From: an uncultured bacterium
GTDB taxonomy: Bacteria > Patescibacteriota > Minisyncoccia > UBA6257 > 2-01-FULL-56-20
Direction: 5' to 3'
Assembly (NCBI GenBank): GCA_963768625.1
Contig: CAVYIK010000001.1
Coordinates: 2,706-66,705 of the forward strand
Length of the DNA: 64,000 nt
The translations under genes were made by a program, and so were the position numbers. Positions 10,465 to 20,727 of this stretch are shown piece after piece. The notes under the pieces were generated by a model. That model was not told the DNA's origin. It saw only the letters and a program-made list of their open reading frames with translations, and searched no databases. How positions within the stretch are numbered: the stretch's first letter is position 1; each line of letters begins with the position of its first letter.

Positions 10465-11985
10465 ATGAAAAAACTGCTCGAATCAATACTTTCTTTTCTC
10501 CGGGTCCGCGTGCCCGCCGCAGGGGTCGAGGTGGCCGACGAGGTAGTGCGGCTTGTGTATTTCGACGGGAAAGCGTGGCAGTTGGAGGCGATTCGGCTTG
10601 AGCCGGGCGTTTTGGAGGGTGGGAAGATAAAGAACCGTCCGGCGCTGCTTGAGGCGCTCGCCGCGCTCAAGGCGAAACTCCACAGGAGGGAGCGGAAAAA
10701 GATCGTGAACATCGTCCTTTGCTTGAGTGCAGTACCCACCTATACGCAGGTGTTCGCCTTGCCCGTGGTGCAAGGAGCGGACCTCGCGCGGGCTGCCGAA
10801 CTCAATCTCCAGATGACCTCGCCGCTCGAGGCGGGCGAGGCATATTCGGGATGGGAGGTCGTGGGGCAGGACGAAGGGACTTCGCAAGCCCAGGTGCTTG
10901 CGGCTTTCATCGACCGGAAGGTAGTGGATGAAATGGTCGGTGCGCTTTATGACGCGGGATTCCTCACGATGGCCGTTGAGCCGCGTGCACTGGCCCTCAC
11001 GCGGATGCTCAACGAAAAAGGAGCCGGCATCGATGTCGGCAAGTCATACGTGTTCGTGAGTATCGATAATTCCGGCTGCGATTTCTTCATTATCCGCAAG
11101 GGCGCGCTGTACTTTGAATACGCAAAGCCATGGCGCGATCTCATGGATGAAAAAGGAGAGGTCACCATCCCTAAATTCCAGGAGTCCTTCGCGGCGAGCA
11201 TCCGGCAGGTCATCAACTTTTATACCCAGCACTGGCCGGAACCTATCAGCGCCATCATCCTCTCAGCTGTGGCCTTGGGCAACGAGGCCGAAAAGGTGAT
11301 TGCGGATGCCGCATCGGTGCCGGCGGTGCGCCTCACGCTCGTCATGGGCCAACCGATCTCATCAGAGTGGCTTACGGCGTTGGGCTGCAGCTTGCGGAGA
11401 ACGAAGCTCAAAGCAAAAGACCACGAAGTGAGCCTTCTTGGCGAAGACCTGCAGGATAGGTTCCGCGAGGAGCAATTCCTGCATTTCATGCGCTTTTGGC
11501 GGGTAGTCGTGCCGGTCACGCTCTGCCTTCTCGTGCTCACCTTTGCGGTGGCGGATGCGTTCCTTGCGAGCACCAGATCGGACATAGAATCCCGTTCAGA
11601 CTTTAATTTGAATAACTCCCGGCCGTCGGAGATCACGACGCTCCAGGCGCAAGCGAACAATTTCAATCAGATGGTCGCTCTTGTGGGTGCCGCGGAAAGC
11701 ACGATCGTCCCCAAAGGGCCGGCCCTCCAGGATATTTTAAGTCTTGCGACGGCAAGCCACGTTACCGTAAACCACATTGAGTTCAGTTCGTTCAGCGCGC
11801 CGCTTGCTCTCGACGGGAGTGCGCAAACGGAAGATGCCGTGCTCGCTTTTAAGACGGCGCTCGAGGGAGATCCCAGTGTGAGCGGCATCAGCCTTCCTCT
11901 GACGGCGATCCAGGCGAGCGGGGCGAGCGTTTCCTTCTCGATGACATTTCAATACGCGCCGCCCGCGAAGCCTGCGTCACAGTGA
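10465..11985 (+). CDS. Type IV pilus assembly PilM-like (actin/ATPase-fold) domain fused to a PilN/PilO-like membrane-anchored C-terminal part
   Basis: The 506-aa ORF has a PilM-like N-terminal half (VGVEVADEVVRLVYF..., ...LTMAVEPRALALTRML...). One internal TM helix follows (FWRVVVPVTLCLLVLTFAVADAFLA), then about 140 aa. Confidence 0.6.
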   Translation: MKKLLESILSFLRVRVPAAGVEVADEVVRLVYFDGKAWQLEAIRLEPGVLEGGKIKNRPALLEALAALKAKLHRRERKKIVNIVLCLSAVPTYTQVFALPVVQGADLARAAELNLQMTSPLEAGEAYSGWEVVGQDEGTSQAQVLAAFIDRKVVDEMVGALYDAGFLTMAVEPRALALTRMLNEKGAGIDVGKSYVFVSIDNSGCDFFIIRKGALYFEYAKPWRDLMDEKGEVTIPKFQESFAASIRQVINFYTQHWPEPISAIILSAVALGNEAEKVIADAASVPAVRLTLVMGQPISSEWLTALGCSLRRTKLKAKDHEVSLLGEDLQDRFREEQFLHFMRFWRVVVPVTLCLLVLTFAVADAFLASTRSDIESRSDFNLNNSRPSEITTLQAQANNFNQMVALVGAAESTIVPKGPALQDILSLATASHVTVNHIEFSSFSAPLALDGSAQTEDAVLAFKTALEGDPSVSGISLPLTAIQASGASVSFSMTFQYAPPAKPASQ

Positions 11986-12474
11986 GGCGAAGAGTTCCTC
12001 AAGAACCTCCCGGTCAGCGGGCCTTATTTTTTTTAGCACGAATTCCTCCGCTTTTTTCCGCTTGACCTCGTTCGGTGCGCGAATGCCGATGCGGATCCTC
12101 GTGAAGTCGTTCGTGTGGAGCGCGTCCATAATGGATTGCACGCCCTTGTGCCCTGCCGAGCCCCTTTCCCTCGATATTTTATATTTCCCGACCGGAATAT
12201 CGCTGTCGTCGTGGATCACGACGAGGTCTTTGGGCTTCGCGCCGAACTTCTTGAGCGCCTCGCGCACCGCGGCGCCCGCTCCATTCATAAAAGTGAGCGG
12301 GGCTATGAATGCGGTATCCTGCGCTTCCGCGTATTCAAAGAGGTGTTTGTACGTTTTGAATTCTGCGCTGCCTGCCATCTTTTTGAGCGCCAAGATGCCC
12401 ACGTTATGGTACGTGTTCTCGAACTCGGGGCCGGGGTTGCCAAGGCCGACGACGATCTTCTCCCTTGTTTTCAT
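11977..12474 (-). CDS. pth: Peptidyl-tRNA hydrolase
   Basis: IVVGLGNPGPEFENTYHNVG..., ...VVIHDDSDIPVGKYKI...GSAGHKGVQSI are typical Pth motifs. Confidence 0.9.
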   Translation of the reverse strand: MKTREKIVVGLGNPGPEFENTYHNVGILALKKMAGSAEFKTYKHLFEYAEAQDTAFIAPLTFMNGAGAAVREALKKFGAKPKDLVVIHDDSDIPVGKYKISRERGSAGHKGVQSIMDALHTNDFTRIRIGIRAPNEVKRKKAEEFVLKKIRPADREVLEELFASL

Positions 12475-12501
12475 TAGCTTGATTTTACCATTTTGCGCCG
12501 A

Positions 12502-12507
12502 TATAAT
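12502..12507 (+). promoter_or_regulatory. Candidate -10 box TATAAT, 9 nt upstream of the ATG at 12517
   Basis: The sequence reads gccgatataatgagtactacATG. This argues that lepB starts at 12517 rather than the track start 12493. Confidence 0.45.
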
Positions 12508-12516
12508 GAGTACTAC

Positions 12517-13068
12517 ATGAGAAAATTCTTCGCGTCGCTCCTTGAAGTGCTCGAAGTGGCCGTGATCGCCGTCGTCGCCGTGTTCATCGTCCGGAGCTAT
12601 CTCGTACAGCCGTTCCTCGTGAGCGGCTCCAGCATGTCACCCAATTTTTCGAATGGCGACTATGTCCTCGTCGACGAACTTACGTACCACCTCCGTGCGC
12701 CGGAGCGGGGAGAGGTCGTCGTTTTCCACGACCCGCAGGATTACTCCACGTATTTCATGAAACGGGTCATCGGGTTGCCCGGCGAGCGGGTCACGATCAA
12801 GAACGACACGGTCACGGTTTATAACAGCGCAGACCCGCAGGGCCTCGTGCTCGACGAAACCTATCTCCCGAAGGGGACCGATACGTCGGGCACTGACGAC
12901 TTCACGCTTTCCTCGAGCACTTATCTTGCCCTAGGCGACAACCGGCCGTTCAGCTATGATTCGCGCCAGTGGGGACCGCTGCCTGCCGCAAACATCGTGG
13001 GGCTCGTGCGCGTGCGCCTCTGGCCATTGAACGAACTCACCGCATTCGCGGCGCCCCAATATCAATAG
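12517..13068 (+). CDS. lepB: Signal peptidase I
   Basis: An N-terminal TM helix is followed by SGSSMSPNF (catalytic Ser box), MKRVIGLPGE (Lys box) and GDNRPFSYDSRQWGP. Confidence 0.9.
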   Translation: MRKFFASLLEVLEVAVIAVVAVFIVRSYLVQPFLVSGSSMSPNFSNGDYVLVDELTYHLRAPERGEVVVFHDPQDYSTYFMKRVIGLPGERVTIKNDTVTVYNSADPQGLVLDETYLPKGTDTSGTDDFTLSSSTYLALGDNRPFSYDSRQWGPLPAANIVGLVRVRLWPLNELTAFAAPQYQ

Positions 13069-13081
13069 TATCGCGACCACC

Positions 13082-14397
13082 GTGCCTCTGAACGATAAAA
13101 AAGAAAAGCCAAAGGAGAACACCATTCGGAGCTTCCAAGCCCCGAAGGGGATGCACGACATCCTGCCTGCCGACCAGCCCTACTGGGACCGGATCGAAGG
13201 GATCGTGAAGGACCTCGCGCGTTCCTACGGTTTTTCGCGACTTGAGCCGCCCGTTCTTGAGTTCGCGGATCTCTACAACAAGACCTCCGGCGACGAGAGC
13301 GACGTCGTCGCGAAAGAGATGTACACGCTCCGCACGAAGGGAGGCGACCTTCTGGCGCTCCGCCCGGAATACACGCCGGGCATGGCGCGCGCGTATCTTG
13401 AGAACAGTTTGAGCCGCCTCGGCCAGCCGCAAAAGCTTTTCCATTTCGGTCCGGTGTTCCGCCACGACCGGCCGCAGCTCGGCCGCTACCGGCAATTCAC
13501 GCAGATCGGCTTTGAAACGCATCGCTGGTCCGAACGACCCGCATCTACGACGCCGAGATCATCGCCATCTATGCGGACCTTCTCGACCGAACTGAAGATC
13601 AAGAACTTCACGTTGAAGATCAATTCCATCGGCTGCCGCGTCTGCCGCCCGCTCTATAAGAAGCAGCTCCTCAATTATTACAAGAACCACGAGAGGGAGC
13701 TTTGCGCAGACTGCGTGCAGCGCCTGAAGACGAACCCGCTCCGCCTTTTGGATTGCAAAGAGGAGAGCTGCGTGAAGCTCAAGGCGAAAGCGCCGAACTT
13801 TTTGGACAAACTTTGCTCGATGTGCACCGAGCACTTCAAGTCGGTGCTTGAGTATCTTGAAGAAATAGCGATCCCGTACGAACTGGACAACCACTTGGTG
13901 CGCGGGCTGGATTATTACAGCCGGACGGTCTTTGAAATGTATGCGGATGGCAAGGAGGCCGAGATTGGCGCGCTCCCCGCCGGCGGCCGCTACGATTACT
14001 TGATGGAAATGATCGGCGGGCATCTGACGCCCGCCGTGGGCGCCGCCTGCGGCGTGGAACGGCTGATCGCCGTGATGAAGGCGAAGGAGATCGCGCTGCC
14101 CATGCGGACGCAGAAAAAAGTGTTCCTTGCGCACGCGGGGGACCTTGCAAAGCAGAAGGCCTTCGCGCTTCTTAAGGACCTGCGCGCCCGCGGCATTTCT
14201 GTCTTCCGAATCGCTCGCAAAGGAATCGCTTGGTGCCCAGCTCAAGGTGGCGGACAAGGAGGGGATCGGCCTTGCTTTGATCCTCGGCCAGAAAGAAATC
14301 TACGAGAAGAGCATCATCATCCGCGACTTGAAGACCGGGTCTTCAGGAAGCCATCCCGCAGGAGAAGCTCGTGGACGAGATCAAGAAGCGCTTGTAG
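13082..14397 (+). CDS. hisS: Histidine--tRNA ligase, interrupted in this sequence by five apparent +1 frame steps (about 13520, 13542, 13591, 14204, 14343)
   Basis: Class II motifs are present (GMHDILP, YTLRTKGGDLLALRPEYT, FHFGPVFRHDRPQLGRYRQFTQIGFE, GGRYDYL). The expected IAGPNDP / IYDAEIIAIYADLLD segments and the C-terminus (SESLAKESLGAQLKVADKEGIGLALILGQKE... then QEAIPQEKLVDEIKKRL*) are readable only in the other two frames. The true stop is inferred at TAG 14395-14397. Confidence 0.85.
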
Positions 14398-14403
14398 CTG
14401 GAC

Positions 14404-14811
14404 ATGAAGGACTGCCTTTTCTGCAAAATAGTAGCGAAGGAGATGCCGGCATATATGGTCCACGAGGACGAGAAGACGCTCGCGTTCTTGGATATCAGGC
14501 CGAGCACGATGGGCCATACGATGGTGATCCCGAAGTACCATGCGCCGAATATGGTCGAGCTGCCGGATGCGGAGATCGCGCCGCTTTTTTCTGCCGTGAA
14601 GAAAGTGGCGGACCTGCTTGTGCGGAAGCTCGCGGCGGACGGTATCACGATCGGCATAAACCAGGGCCGCGCGAGCGGCCAGGAAGTGGACCATCTCCAC
14701 GTGCACTTGATGCCGCGCTGGCGGGGCGACGGAGGCAGCTCCGTCCAATCCGTCGTGCACCGCTCGCCGCAAGAATCGTTCGAGGAGATCAGAAAGAAAA
14801 TAGTTGACTAA
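14404..14811 (+). CDS. HIT-family (histidine triad) nucleotide hydrolase
   Basis: CLFCKIV... and DHLHVHLMP (the HxHxHxx triad) are present. Confidence 0.9.
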   Translation: MKDCLFCKIVAKEMPAYMVHEDEKTLAFLDIRPSTMGHTMVIPKYHAPNMVELPDAEIAPLFSAVKKVADLLVRKLAADGITIGINQGRASGQEVDHLHVHLMPRWRGDGGSSVQSVVHRSPQESFEEIRKKIVD

Positions 14812-14839
14812 ACGGCCTTTTTCCGCTATACTTTGTTCC

Positions 14840-15058
14840 ATGGCAATTGAGGTAAGAAAACGGGAGGGCGAATCCCCGAACAATCTACTCTTCAGCTTCA
14901 CGAAAAGGGTGAAGCGGAGCGGTATACTGAAGGAAGTGCGCGCGCGGAAGTTTCACTCCCGCGTGAAGAGCCGTATAAAGCGCAGGCAATCGGCAATCCA
15001 CCGCGACGCAAAGCGCGCCGACGTGGAGCGTCAGAGGAAGCTCGGTTTACTCGGTTAG
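14840..15058 (+). CDS. rpsU: 30S ribosomal protein S21
   Basis: This is a small basic protein (MAIEVRKREGESPNNLLFSFTKRVKRSGILKEVRARKFHSRVKSRIKRR...). The start is taken at the internal ATG 14840. Confidence 0.75.
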   Translation: MAIEVRKREGESPNNLLFSFTKRVKRSGILKEVRARKFHSRVKSRIKRRQSAIHRDAKRADVERQRKLGLLG

Positions 15059-15090
15059 TCCTGTCCCCGCCACCCGGCGGGGATTTGGTC

Positions 15091-15096
15091 TATAAT
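15091..15096 (+). promoter_or_regulatory. Candidate -10 box TATAAT, 6 nt upstream of the ATG at 15103
   Basis: The sequence reads ggtctataatggaactATGgca. Confidence 0.45.
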
Positions 15097-15102
15097 GGAA
15101 CT

Positions 15103-15550
15103 ATGGCATTACTTCAAAAACTGGATGATGACCTGAAGGCCGCGATGAAGGATGGCGCCGAAGAGCGCGTTGGGCGTCCTGCGGTTCGTGCTTTCTGACC
15201 TCCGGAATGTGCAGAAAGAAAAGAATGCGAAGCAGCCGGGCGCGGCGCTCGCGGACGATGAAGTGATCACACTCCTCCAGAAAGAGGCAAAACGGCGGAA
15301 GGAAGCGGTCTCTCTTTTCCGCGAAGGAAAGCGCGACGACCTTGTGAAGAAAGAAGAGGCCGATCTCGCTATCATTTATGAATACATCCCGAAAGAGCTC
15401 TCAACCGCGGAGATAGCCGTAATGGTGGACGAACTTGCGGCAAAAGGGTTCGCTGATTTCAATTCGCTCATGCGCGAAACGATGAAGCTCGTGAAGGGCC
15501 GCGCGGACGGCAAAACCGTAGGCGATGCCATCAAGAAAAAGCTTGGATAG
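15103..15550 (+). CDS. yqeY: GatB/YqeY-domain protein, with one apparent +1 frame step near 15175
   Basis: MALLQKLDDDLKAAMKDGAEERVG (frame of 15103) continues as VLRFVLSDLRNVQKE... in the frame of track ORF 15152..15550. The layout matches B. subtilis YqeY (MK..REKDKLTVVRMVKASLQN). Confidence 0.75.
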
Positions 15551-15965
15551 GGCTTTGGACAAGAAACTTGACCGGCTCGCGGTGAAGATGCTCAAAGCGC
15601 TCAAAGTGCGGGGTGCGACCCTGGATATTTTTCTGCTTCCGCACCGCGACATCGTGGTACTCAAGCGGCGTTTTATAAAAAAGAGGACCGAGCCCAATGT
15701 GCTCGCATTCCCCGAACCGCTTCGGTTTCCCCACCCGGAGACCAAGAAGCGCTATCTCGGCGAGGTCTATCTGAATCGCACCATATTGACGAAGAACCCT
15801 TATCGCGCGGCCCCGCTTTTGCTCCACGGCATGCTCCATCTTTTGGGTTACGACCACGAAAAAGGGAAAGCCGCGGCGGAAAAAATGGAACGGCTGGAGC
15901 GGCGGGTGCTATCCACCTTGCCCAGCGCCTCCGCATCCCATAAAATAAGGACATATGAAGCTTAA
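15525..15965 (+). CDS. ybeY: rRNA maturation endoribonuclease YbeY
   Basis: The zinc motif HGMLHLLGYDH is present, with NVLAFPEP upstream. The start is uncertain (15525 or the later Met at about 15588). Confidence 0.85.
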   Translation: MPSRKSLDRALDKKLDRLAVKMLKALKVRGATLDIFLLPHRDIVVLKRRFIKKRTEPNVLAFPEPLRFPHPETKKRYLGEVYLNRTILTKNPYRAAPLLLHGMLHLLGYDHEKGKAAAEKMERLERRVLSTLPSASASHKIRTYEA

Positions 15966-17200
15966 GGGCATCTCCGGCGGCGATTTTGTGACGGGCCTGG
16001 ACATAGGAACCTCTTCCATAAAAGTGGCCGTCGCGGAGCGCCGCGGCGAAAAGTCCGTACTCGTGCATGTCCAAAAGATTCCCTGTTTCGGCATGCGGAA
16101 AGGCGTGATCGTCGAGATGAGCGAAACGTCACAGGCGGTCGCTCGGGCGCTTGCGGGTGTAAAGAAGATCGCAAAGTCAGCGCTCGCGAACGTTTATATC
16201 TCCATCGGGACGCCGCAGGCGAAGATGCAATCCTCGCGCGGGATCGTCGCTGTTTCGCGCGCTGACGCCGAGATCTATCAGGACGACATGGACCGCGCCG
16301 TGCGCGCGAGCCAGGCGGTGAACCTGCCGCAAAACCGCACCATCATCCATACGCTCACGAGAGAGTTCATCGTTGACGGCGTGGGCGATATCGCTGACCC
16401 CCTGGGCCTCTCCGGCAGCCGACTTGAAGTGCAAAGCTTGATCATTGACGCATTTTCCCCGCATATCAAAAACCTGATCCGTTGCGTTGAGCTTGCAGGA
16501 GGAGGAGTGAGCGGCCTCGTCTTCGGGCCGCTCGTCGCCGCCCGCGCGGCGCTCTCAAAACGGCAACGCGATCTCGGCACGGCGCTCGTAGAGCTCGGCT
16601 ACGGAACCACCGGCCTTTCGGTCTATGAAGAAGGTAAGCTTGTCGGCGTCGCAAAGTTCCCCGTCGGCGCCGCGAACATCTCGAATGACCTCGCGGTCGG
16701 ACTCAAGATATCCGTAGATGCCGCGGAGGAAGATGAAATTGCACTATGGCTATGCGCTTTCAAAAGACGTAAGTTCCAAGGAATCCATTGAGCTCAAGAA
16801 GTTTTTGCCGGACGCGAAGGGCGCCGTCTCGCGCCGGTTTGCGGCGGAGATCATAGAATCGCGCCTTGAGGAAATTTTTGACCTCGTGAGCGACGAGCTG
16901 AAGCTCATGCAGAAGTTCGGCGAACTGCCCGGCGGCGTGGTCATCGTCGGCGGCGGCGCGAAGCTCCCCGGTATCACCGATCTCGCAAAGCAGGAGATGA
17001 AGCTTTCCGCGCAGATCGGCTTCGCGCAGAGCGACGAATGGGAGGCGGGAGGCGGTTCGTTCAAAGAATTCCTCGAAGACCCCGAGTTCGCGGGCGCATT
17101 CGGGCTTGTGCTCTGGGGCATGGACGGCGAGGGCTGGAACAAGCCGGGCTCGTCCTCAAGCTTCAGCTTCAGGAAGATCATCCGCTATTTCGCACCATAG
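15955..17200 (+). CDS. ftsA: Cell division protein FtsA, with one apparent +1 frame step near 16732
   Basis: VTGLDIGTSSIKVAV..., then ...ANISNDLAVGLKISVDAAEE joins MKLHYGYALSKDV...VVIVGGGAKLPGITDLAKQ in the next frame (track ORFs 15955..16791 and 16718..17200). Confidence 0.85.
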
Positions 17201-17234
17201 CGCCCCATAAAAGAATTTGTTATCATAGCATCAT

Positions 17235-18507
17235 ATGGCATCACCCAAGCGCACCGAGAAATTCCAGCCCCTCGCGACGAACGTCAAAGTGATCGGCATC
17301 GGCGGGGGAGGGGGGAACGCGGTCTCGCGCATGGCGCGCTACGTTCACCCGCGGCGTTGATTTCGTCGCGATCAACACCGACCATCAGGACCTTGACCAC
17401 TGCAACGTAAAGCACGGTTATATATAGGAAAAGGGCTCACGAAGGGGCTGGGCACCGGCATGAACCCCGACCTCGGCCGGCAGGCGGCGGAAGAGAACCG
17501 TTCGGAGATCGGCGAAGTGGTGAAAGGCGCGGACCTCGTTTTCCTTGCCGCCGGGCTTGGCGGCGGGACGGGCACGGGAGCGACGCCCGTCGTCGCCGAG
17601 GCCGCAAAACAGGCGGGAGCGCTCACGATCGCCGTCGTCACAAAGCCATTCGCCTTTGAAGGAAGCCAGCGCGAACGCATCGCAACGGAGGGCTTGATGA
17701 AACTGAAGGACAAAGTGGACGCGCTCATCGTCGTCCCGAACGACCGCATTTTCACAGTGATCAGCAAAGATACGCCGATCATAAAAGCGTTTGAAGCGAT
17801 TGACGAGATCTTGCGGAATGCGCTGAACGGCCTCGTAGAGATCATCGCGGCGCCCGGCATCATCAATGTGGATTTTGCGGACGTGAAGAACATCATGCAG
17901 GATGCAGGCGTGACGATCATCGGCGTTGCGACCGCGAGCGGGCCTGGACCGTGCGGTGAGCGCGGTGACCTCGGCGCTCCGCTCGCCGCTTTTGGAGACA
18001 AGCCCCGAAGGCGCGAAGGCGGTGCTTCTCGGTATCTCCGGCGGACGCGATCTTAAAATGACGGAAGTGAACGACGCGGCGAAGGTCGTTGCGCAGGTCG
18101 CCGACCCCGGGGCACGCATCATCTTCGGCGCCTATCACGACCGTAATCTCAAGGCGGGTCAGATCAAGGTGACGATCGTCGCTGCAGGATTCAACGGCGG
18201 CCAATCAACAGCGCTCTTCGGTGCGCATTACGAGAGGCCGGGGACGAACATGTTTGGCGGACGCGGCGGCGCAGTTTCCTCTTCTGCGGAGATCGTTACA
18301 ACCCAGAAGAAGCCTCAATCTTCGGGGCGTGAAGCGGCAGGGCACGAGGCGACAAGCGATATTTTCTCTTCCGACATTCCCGCAAAAGCAGGAGCCTCCG
18401 GGGCCGGGGAATCCAAGCAATCCAAGCAGCAGTCGCTCAAGGAAAAGCAAGGGAAAGAAAGCGATGCGTGGGACATTCCCGCGTTCTTGAGGAGAAGGAA
18501 AAAATAA
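17235..18507 (+). CDS. ftsZ: Cell division protein FtsZ, with three apparent frame breaks (+1 near 17346, -1 near 17415, +1 near 17943)
   Basis: Four segments sit in three frames: KVIGIGGGGGNAVSRMA; RGVDFVAINTDHQDL; YIGKGLTKGLGTGMNPDLG...GLGGGTGTGATPVVAE (tubulin signature); LDRAVSAVTSALRSPLLE...VTIVAAGF. Together they make a complete FtsZ. Confidence 0.9.
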
Positions 18508-18518
18508 CAGCTGGGCCG

Positions 18519-18935
18519 TTATTCGGTCTTTGAATCGGCGCCGCGAAGGCGCCCTTCGTATTCGTCGATCAAATCTTTTGCTCCGAAGGTTTTCTCTATG
18601 AGGTCCGGGAAATACCCACTGCCGGGCGTTTCTTCCTTCGCGCGGAACTCCGGGAATGCGTCAAGTAGAGCGAGATATCGTTTCGTGTATTCCATATCCC
18701 GCGCAGCGTCCTCGTAAAATTTCGCTTTCTTTTGTGGGGTGCTTTCGCCGTAGGATTCGATGTTGGAAGGGATCAAGCGAATGGTTAGGTTCGCAAGGAT
18801 ATGATGCAAGCTCTGACTCGGATTCGCCCTTAGTTTCTCCGTGACAATCGGATAGATTTTTTCACTCTCGTTTTTCAATGCTTCCCACTGTTCTTCCGTG
18901 GGGTTCGTTTCCGGAGACGGGCTTTCGATGCTCAT
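18519..18935 (-). CDS. Hypothetical protein
   Basis: The 138-aa ORF is abutted to rmuC on the same strand. No motif was recognised. Confidence 0.5.
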   Translation of the reverse strand: MSIESPSPETNPTEEQWEALKNESEKIYPIVTEKLRANPSQSLHHILANLTIRLIPSNIESYGESTPQKKAKFYEDAARDMEYTKRYLALLDAFPEFRAKEETPGSGYFPDLIEKTFGAKDLIDEYEGRLRGADSKTE

Positions 18936-18937
18936 GG

Positions 18938-19951
18938 CTACAACAGTTTTTTGTCTTCCTCCGCGCCGCCCGCGGCACCGATCTTCAGTATATCCTTATC
19001 TATCTTCCCGAATTCCTTGGAGGCGGTGTTATAGGCGTTCGTCGTGGTCGTGAGATGCGTACCAACTTTCTCCAGATATTCCTCATAGCGCATAAGATGC
19101 TTTTGGAGTTCGCCGACGTTCTTGCGGATCTGCTCGGCTGATTTGTTTATCTCTATCTGGCGGATCCCCTGGAGCGCCATTTGGAGATAGGCGTAGAACG
19201 TGGTGGGGGAGACAGGATAGACGCGCTTCTCGGAGGCGTATTGGATAAGGTCGCGTTCGGCTGCGCCGCCGATCTTGTTGACCAAAAGATCGTAATAGAG
19301 CGCTTCGGACGGGATGAACATAAACGCGAAATCCAGCGTGTCTTCGTTGGGTTTTATATATTTTGCGGTCTCGTCAATGCGGGTCTTGAGGTCCATCCGT
19401 AAGGCGTCCTCGTAACGTTTCCGTTCTTCTTCGGAAACCGCTCCTACGAGCCGGTTATAATTTTCCAAACTGAACTTTGAATCAATAGGGATCACATGGT
19501 CCTGATAGAAGACAACGGCATCCACCTTCGTCCCGTCGGCGAACGGATATTGCAATTGGTACGTGCCTGGCGGAAGGACGTTCTTCAAGACCATTTCCAG
19601 GAAATATTCGCCGAGCACGCCGCGCTGCTTCGGATTTTTCAAGATATCCTGCAGGTTCTTCAATTGATCCGCGAGAGAGACGATCTGCTTCTGACCCTCG
19701 GTCACCTTCGTGATTTCGCTCGTGATCTCCTTCACGATCTGCACGCTCTTGTCCGATTGCGCAAGCATCGTTTTCGTGGAATCCCCGAGCCGCGTGTCAA
19801 GCGTCCGCGCGAGTTCATTCATCTGGTTCTGCAGCATCAAAAGCGCCCGGTCATCCTGTTTCGGTGCCTCCGCCTGCGGCTGCGGTTTCCAAAGCCGCCA
19901 GATGATCACGGCAAGGATGACGATGATGACGGCGAAAAGCGCGATTTCCAT
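18938..19951 (-). CDS. rmuC: DNA recombination protein RmuC
   Basis: It has an N-terminal TM helix, a long coiled-coil region, then ...VDAVVFYQDHVIPIDSKFSLENY...FAFMFIPSEALYYDLL, which is typical of RmuC. Confidence 0.8.
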   Translation of the reverse strand: MEIALFAVIIVILAVIIWRLWKPQPQAEAPKQDDRALLMLQNQMNELARTLDTRLGDSTKTMLAQSDKSVQIVKEITSEITKVTEGQKQIVSLADQLKNLQDILKNPKQRGVLGEYFLEMVLKNVLPPGTYQLQYPFADGTKVDAVVFYQDHVIPIDSKFSLENYNRLVGAVSEEERKRYEDALRMDLKTRIDETAKYIKPNEDTLDFAFMFIPSEALYYDLLVNKIGGAAERDLIQYASEKRVYPVSPTTFYAYLQMALQGIRQIEINKSAEQIRKNVGELQKHLMRYEEYLEKVGTHLTTTTNAYNTASKEFGKIDKDILKIGAAGGAEEDKKLL

Positions 19952-20042
19952 GTGCTTATTTTACCACATCGCGGGAATTGGATCGGAGAAAAGAAAAAGG
20001 CTCCAACAAAAAGATTGGAGCCATGAGCGACTGTTTCCCGCT

Positions 20043-20618
20043 CTATTGTCGAGAGGTAGGCAGCCATCTGTGATCGGCAGAGAGAACCTCCCTGATGGCC
20101 GAATCTGTGACGGCTGCGTTTGCGACCCGCTCTCGATAGCGGATCTCGACCCATTTGTCGGGAGCGGAACCGAAACACCCGGGGGAAGAAGGCTCGGGCA
20201 CATCGCGTGGTCGCGTAATTTCCTTCCAATCCACCACGGTCACCGTGGGGCCAGGGATTTGATGGTGGCGCATCGCGAGTTGGGCACTGACCCATTCTGC
20301 GAGACGCTCGTTACTGGCAAGGTAATGTATGGGGACCCCCAGCTTGATTTTCTGGATCGAATCTTCTTCTGGGGTTTGTATCCCGGCTTCACGGCAGAGA
20401 TTCGCCACCTCCTCCTTCGTGAGGCCGAGGGCATGTTCCATCCCCGTAATTCTTGCATTCCACGCAGAAAGCTTCTTGTAATCGGAAGTGCCGAGGATGG
20501 CGAACCAGTTTTTCATGGCCTCTTCCCCGTAAGCTTCCTTCAGCTGGTCCGACCAAGCCTTATATTCAGCGAGTTCCTTCTTGTAAATCTCAAGACCCTG
20601 AGCAATGGTTTCAAACAT
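20043..20618 (-). CDS. Hypothetical protein (start moved to the Met preceded by GGAGGA)
   Basis: The ATG at 20618 (MFETIAQGLEIYKK...) has aggagg 8 nt upstream on the minus strand. No recognisable motif. Confidence 0.55.
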   Translation of the reverse strand: MFETIAQGLEIYKKELAEYKAWSDQLKEAYGEEAMKNWFAILGTSDYKKLSAWNARITGMEHALGLTKEEVANLCREAGIQTPEEDSIQKIKLGVPIHYLASNERLAEWVSAQLAMRHHQIPGPTVTVVDWKEITRPRDVPEPSSPGCFGSAPDKWVEIRYRERVANAAVTDSAIREVLSADHRWLPTSRQ

Positions 20619-20727
20619 TGTTTGGATCCTCCTTCTGGGAGACAGAATAATATAACGTCGATATCCGGTCAAGTATGGCGTCCCGAATTCCAATAACGGC
20701 TCATCGACTCCACCGCAGGGCGCAAAC

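Noticed and set aside
14127-14807. 226-aa track ORF spanning the hisS 3' end and the HIT gene
   Set aside because: Its first part is the genuine hisS C-terminal segment displaced by frame breaks. The rest is an off-frame read-through of the well-supported HIT gene (14404..14811). It is not an independent gene.
19710-20696. 328-aa plus-strand ORF
   Set aside because: It runs antisense across rmuC and the neighbouring minus-strand gene, bridging their intergenic space. No motif or sensible start context was found, and rmuC on the other strand is well supported.
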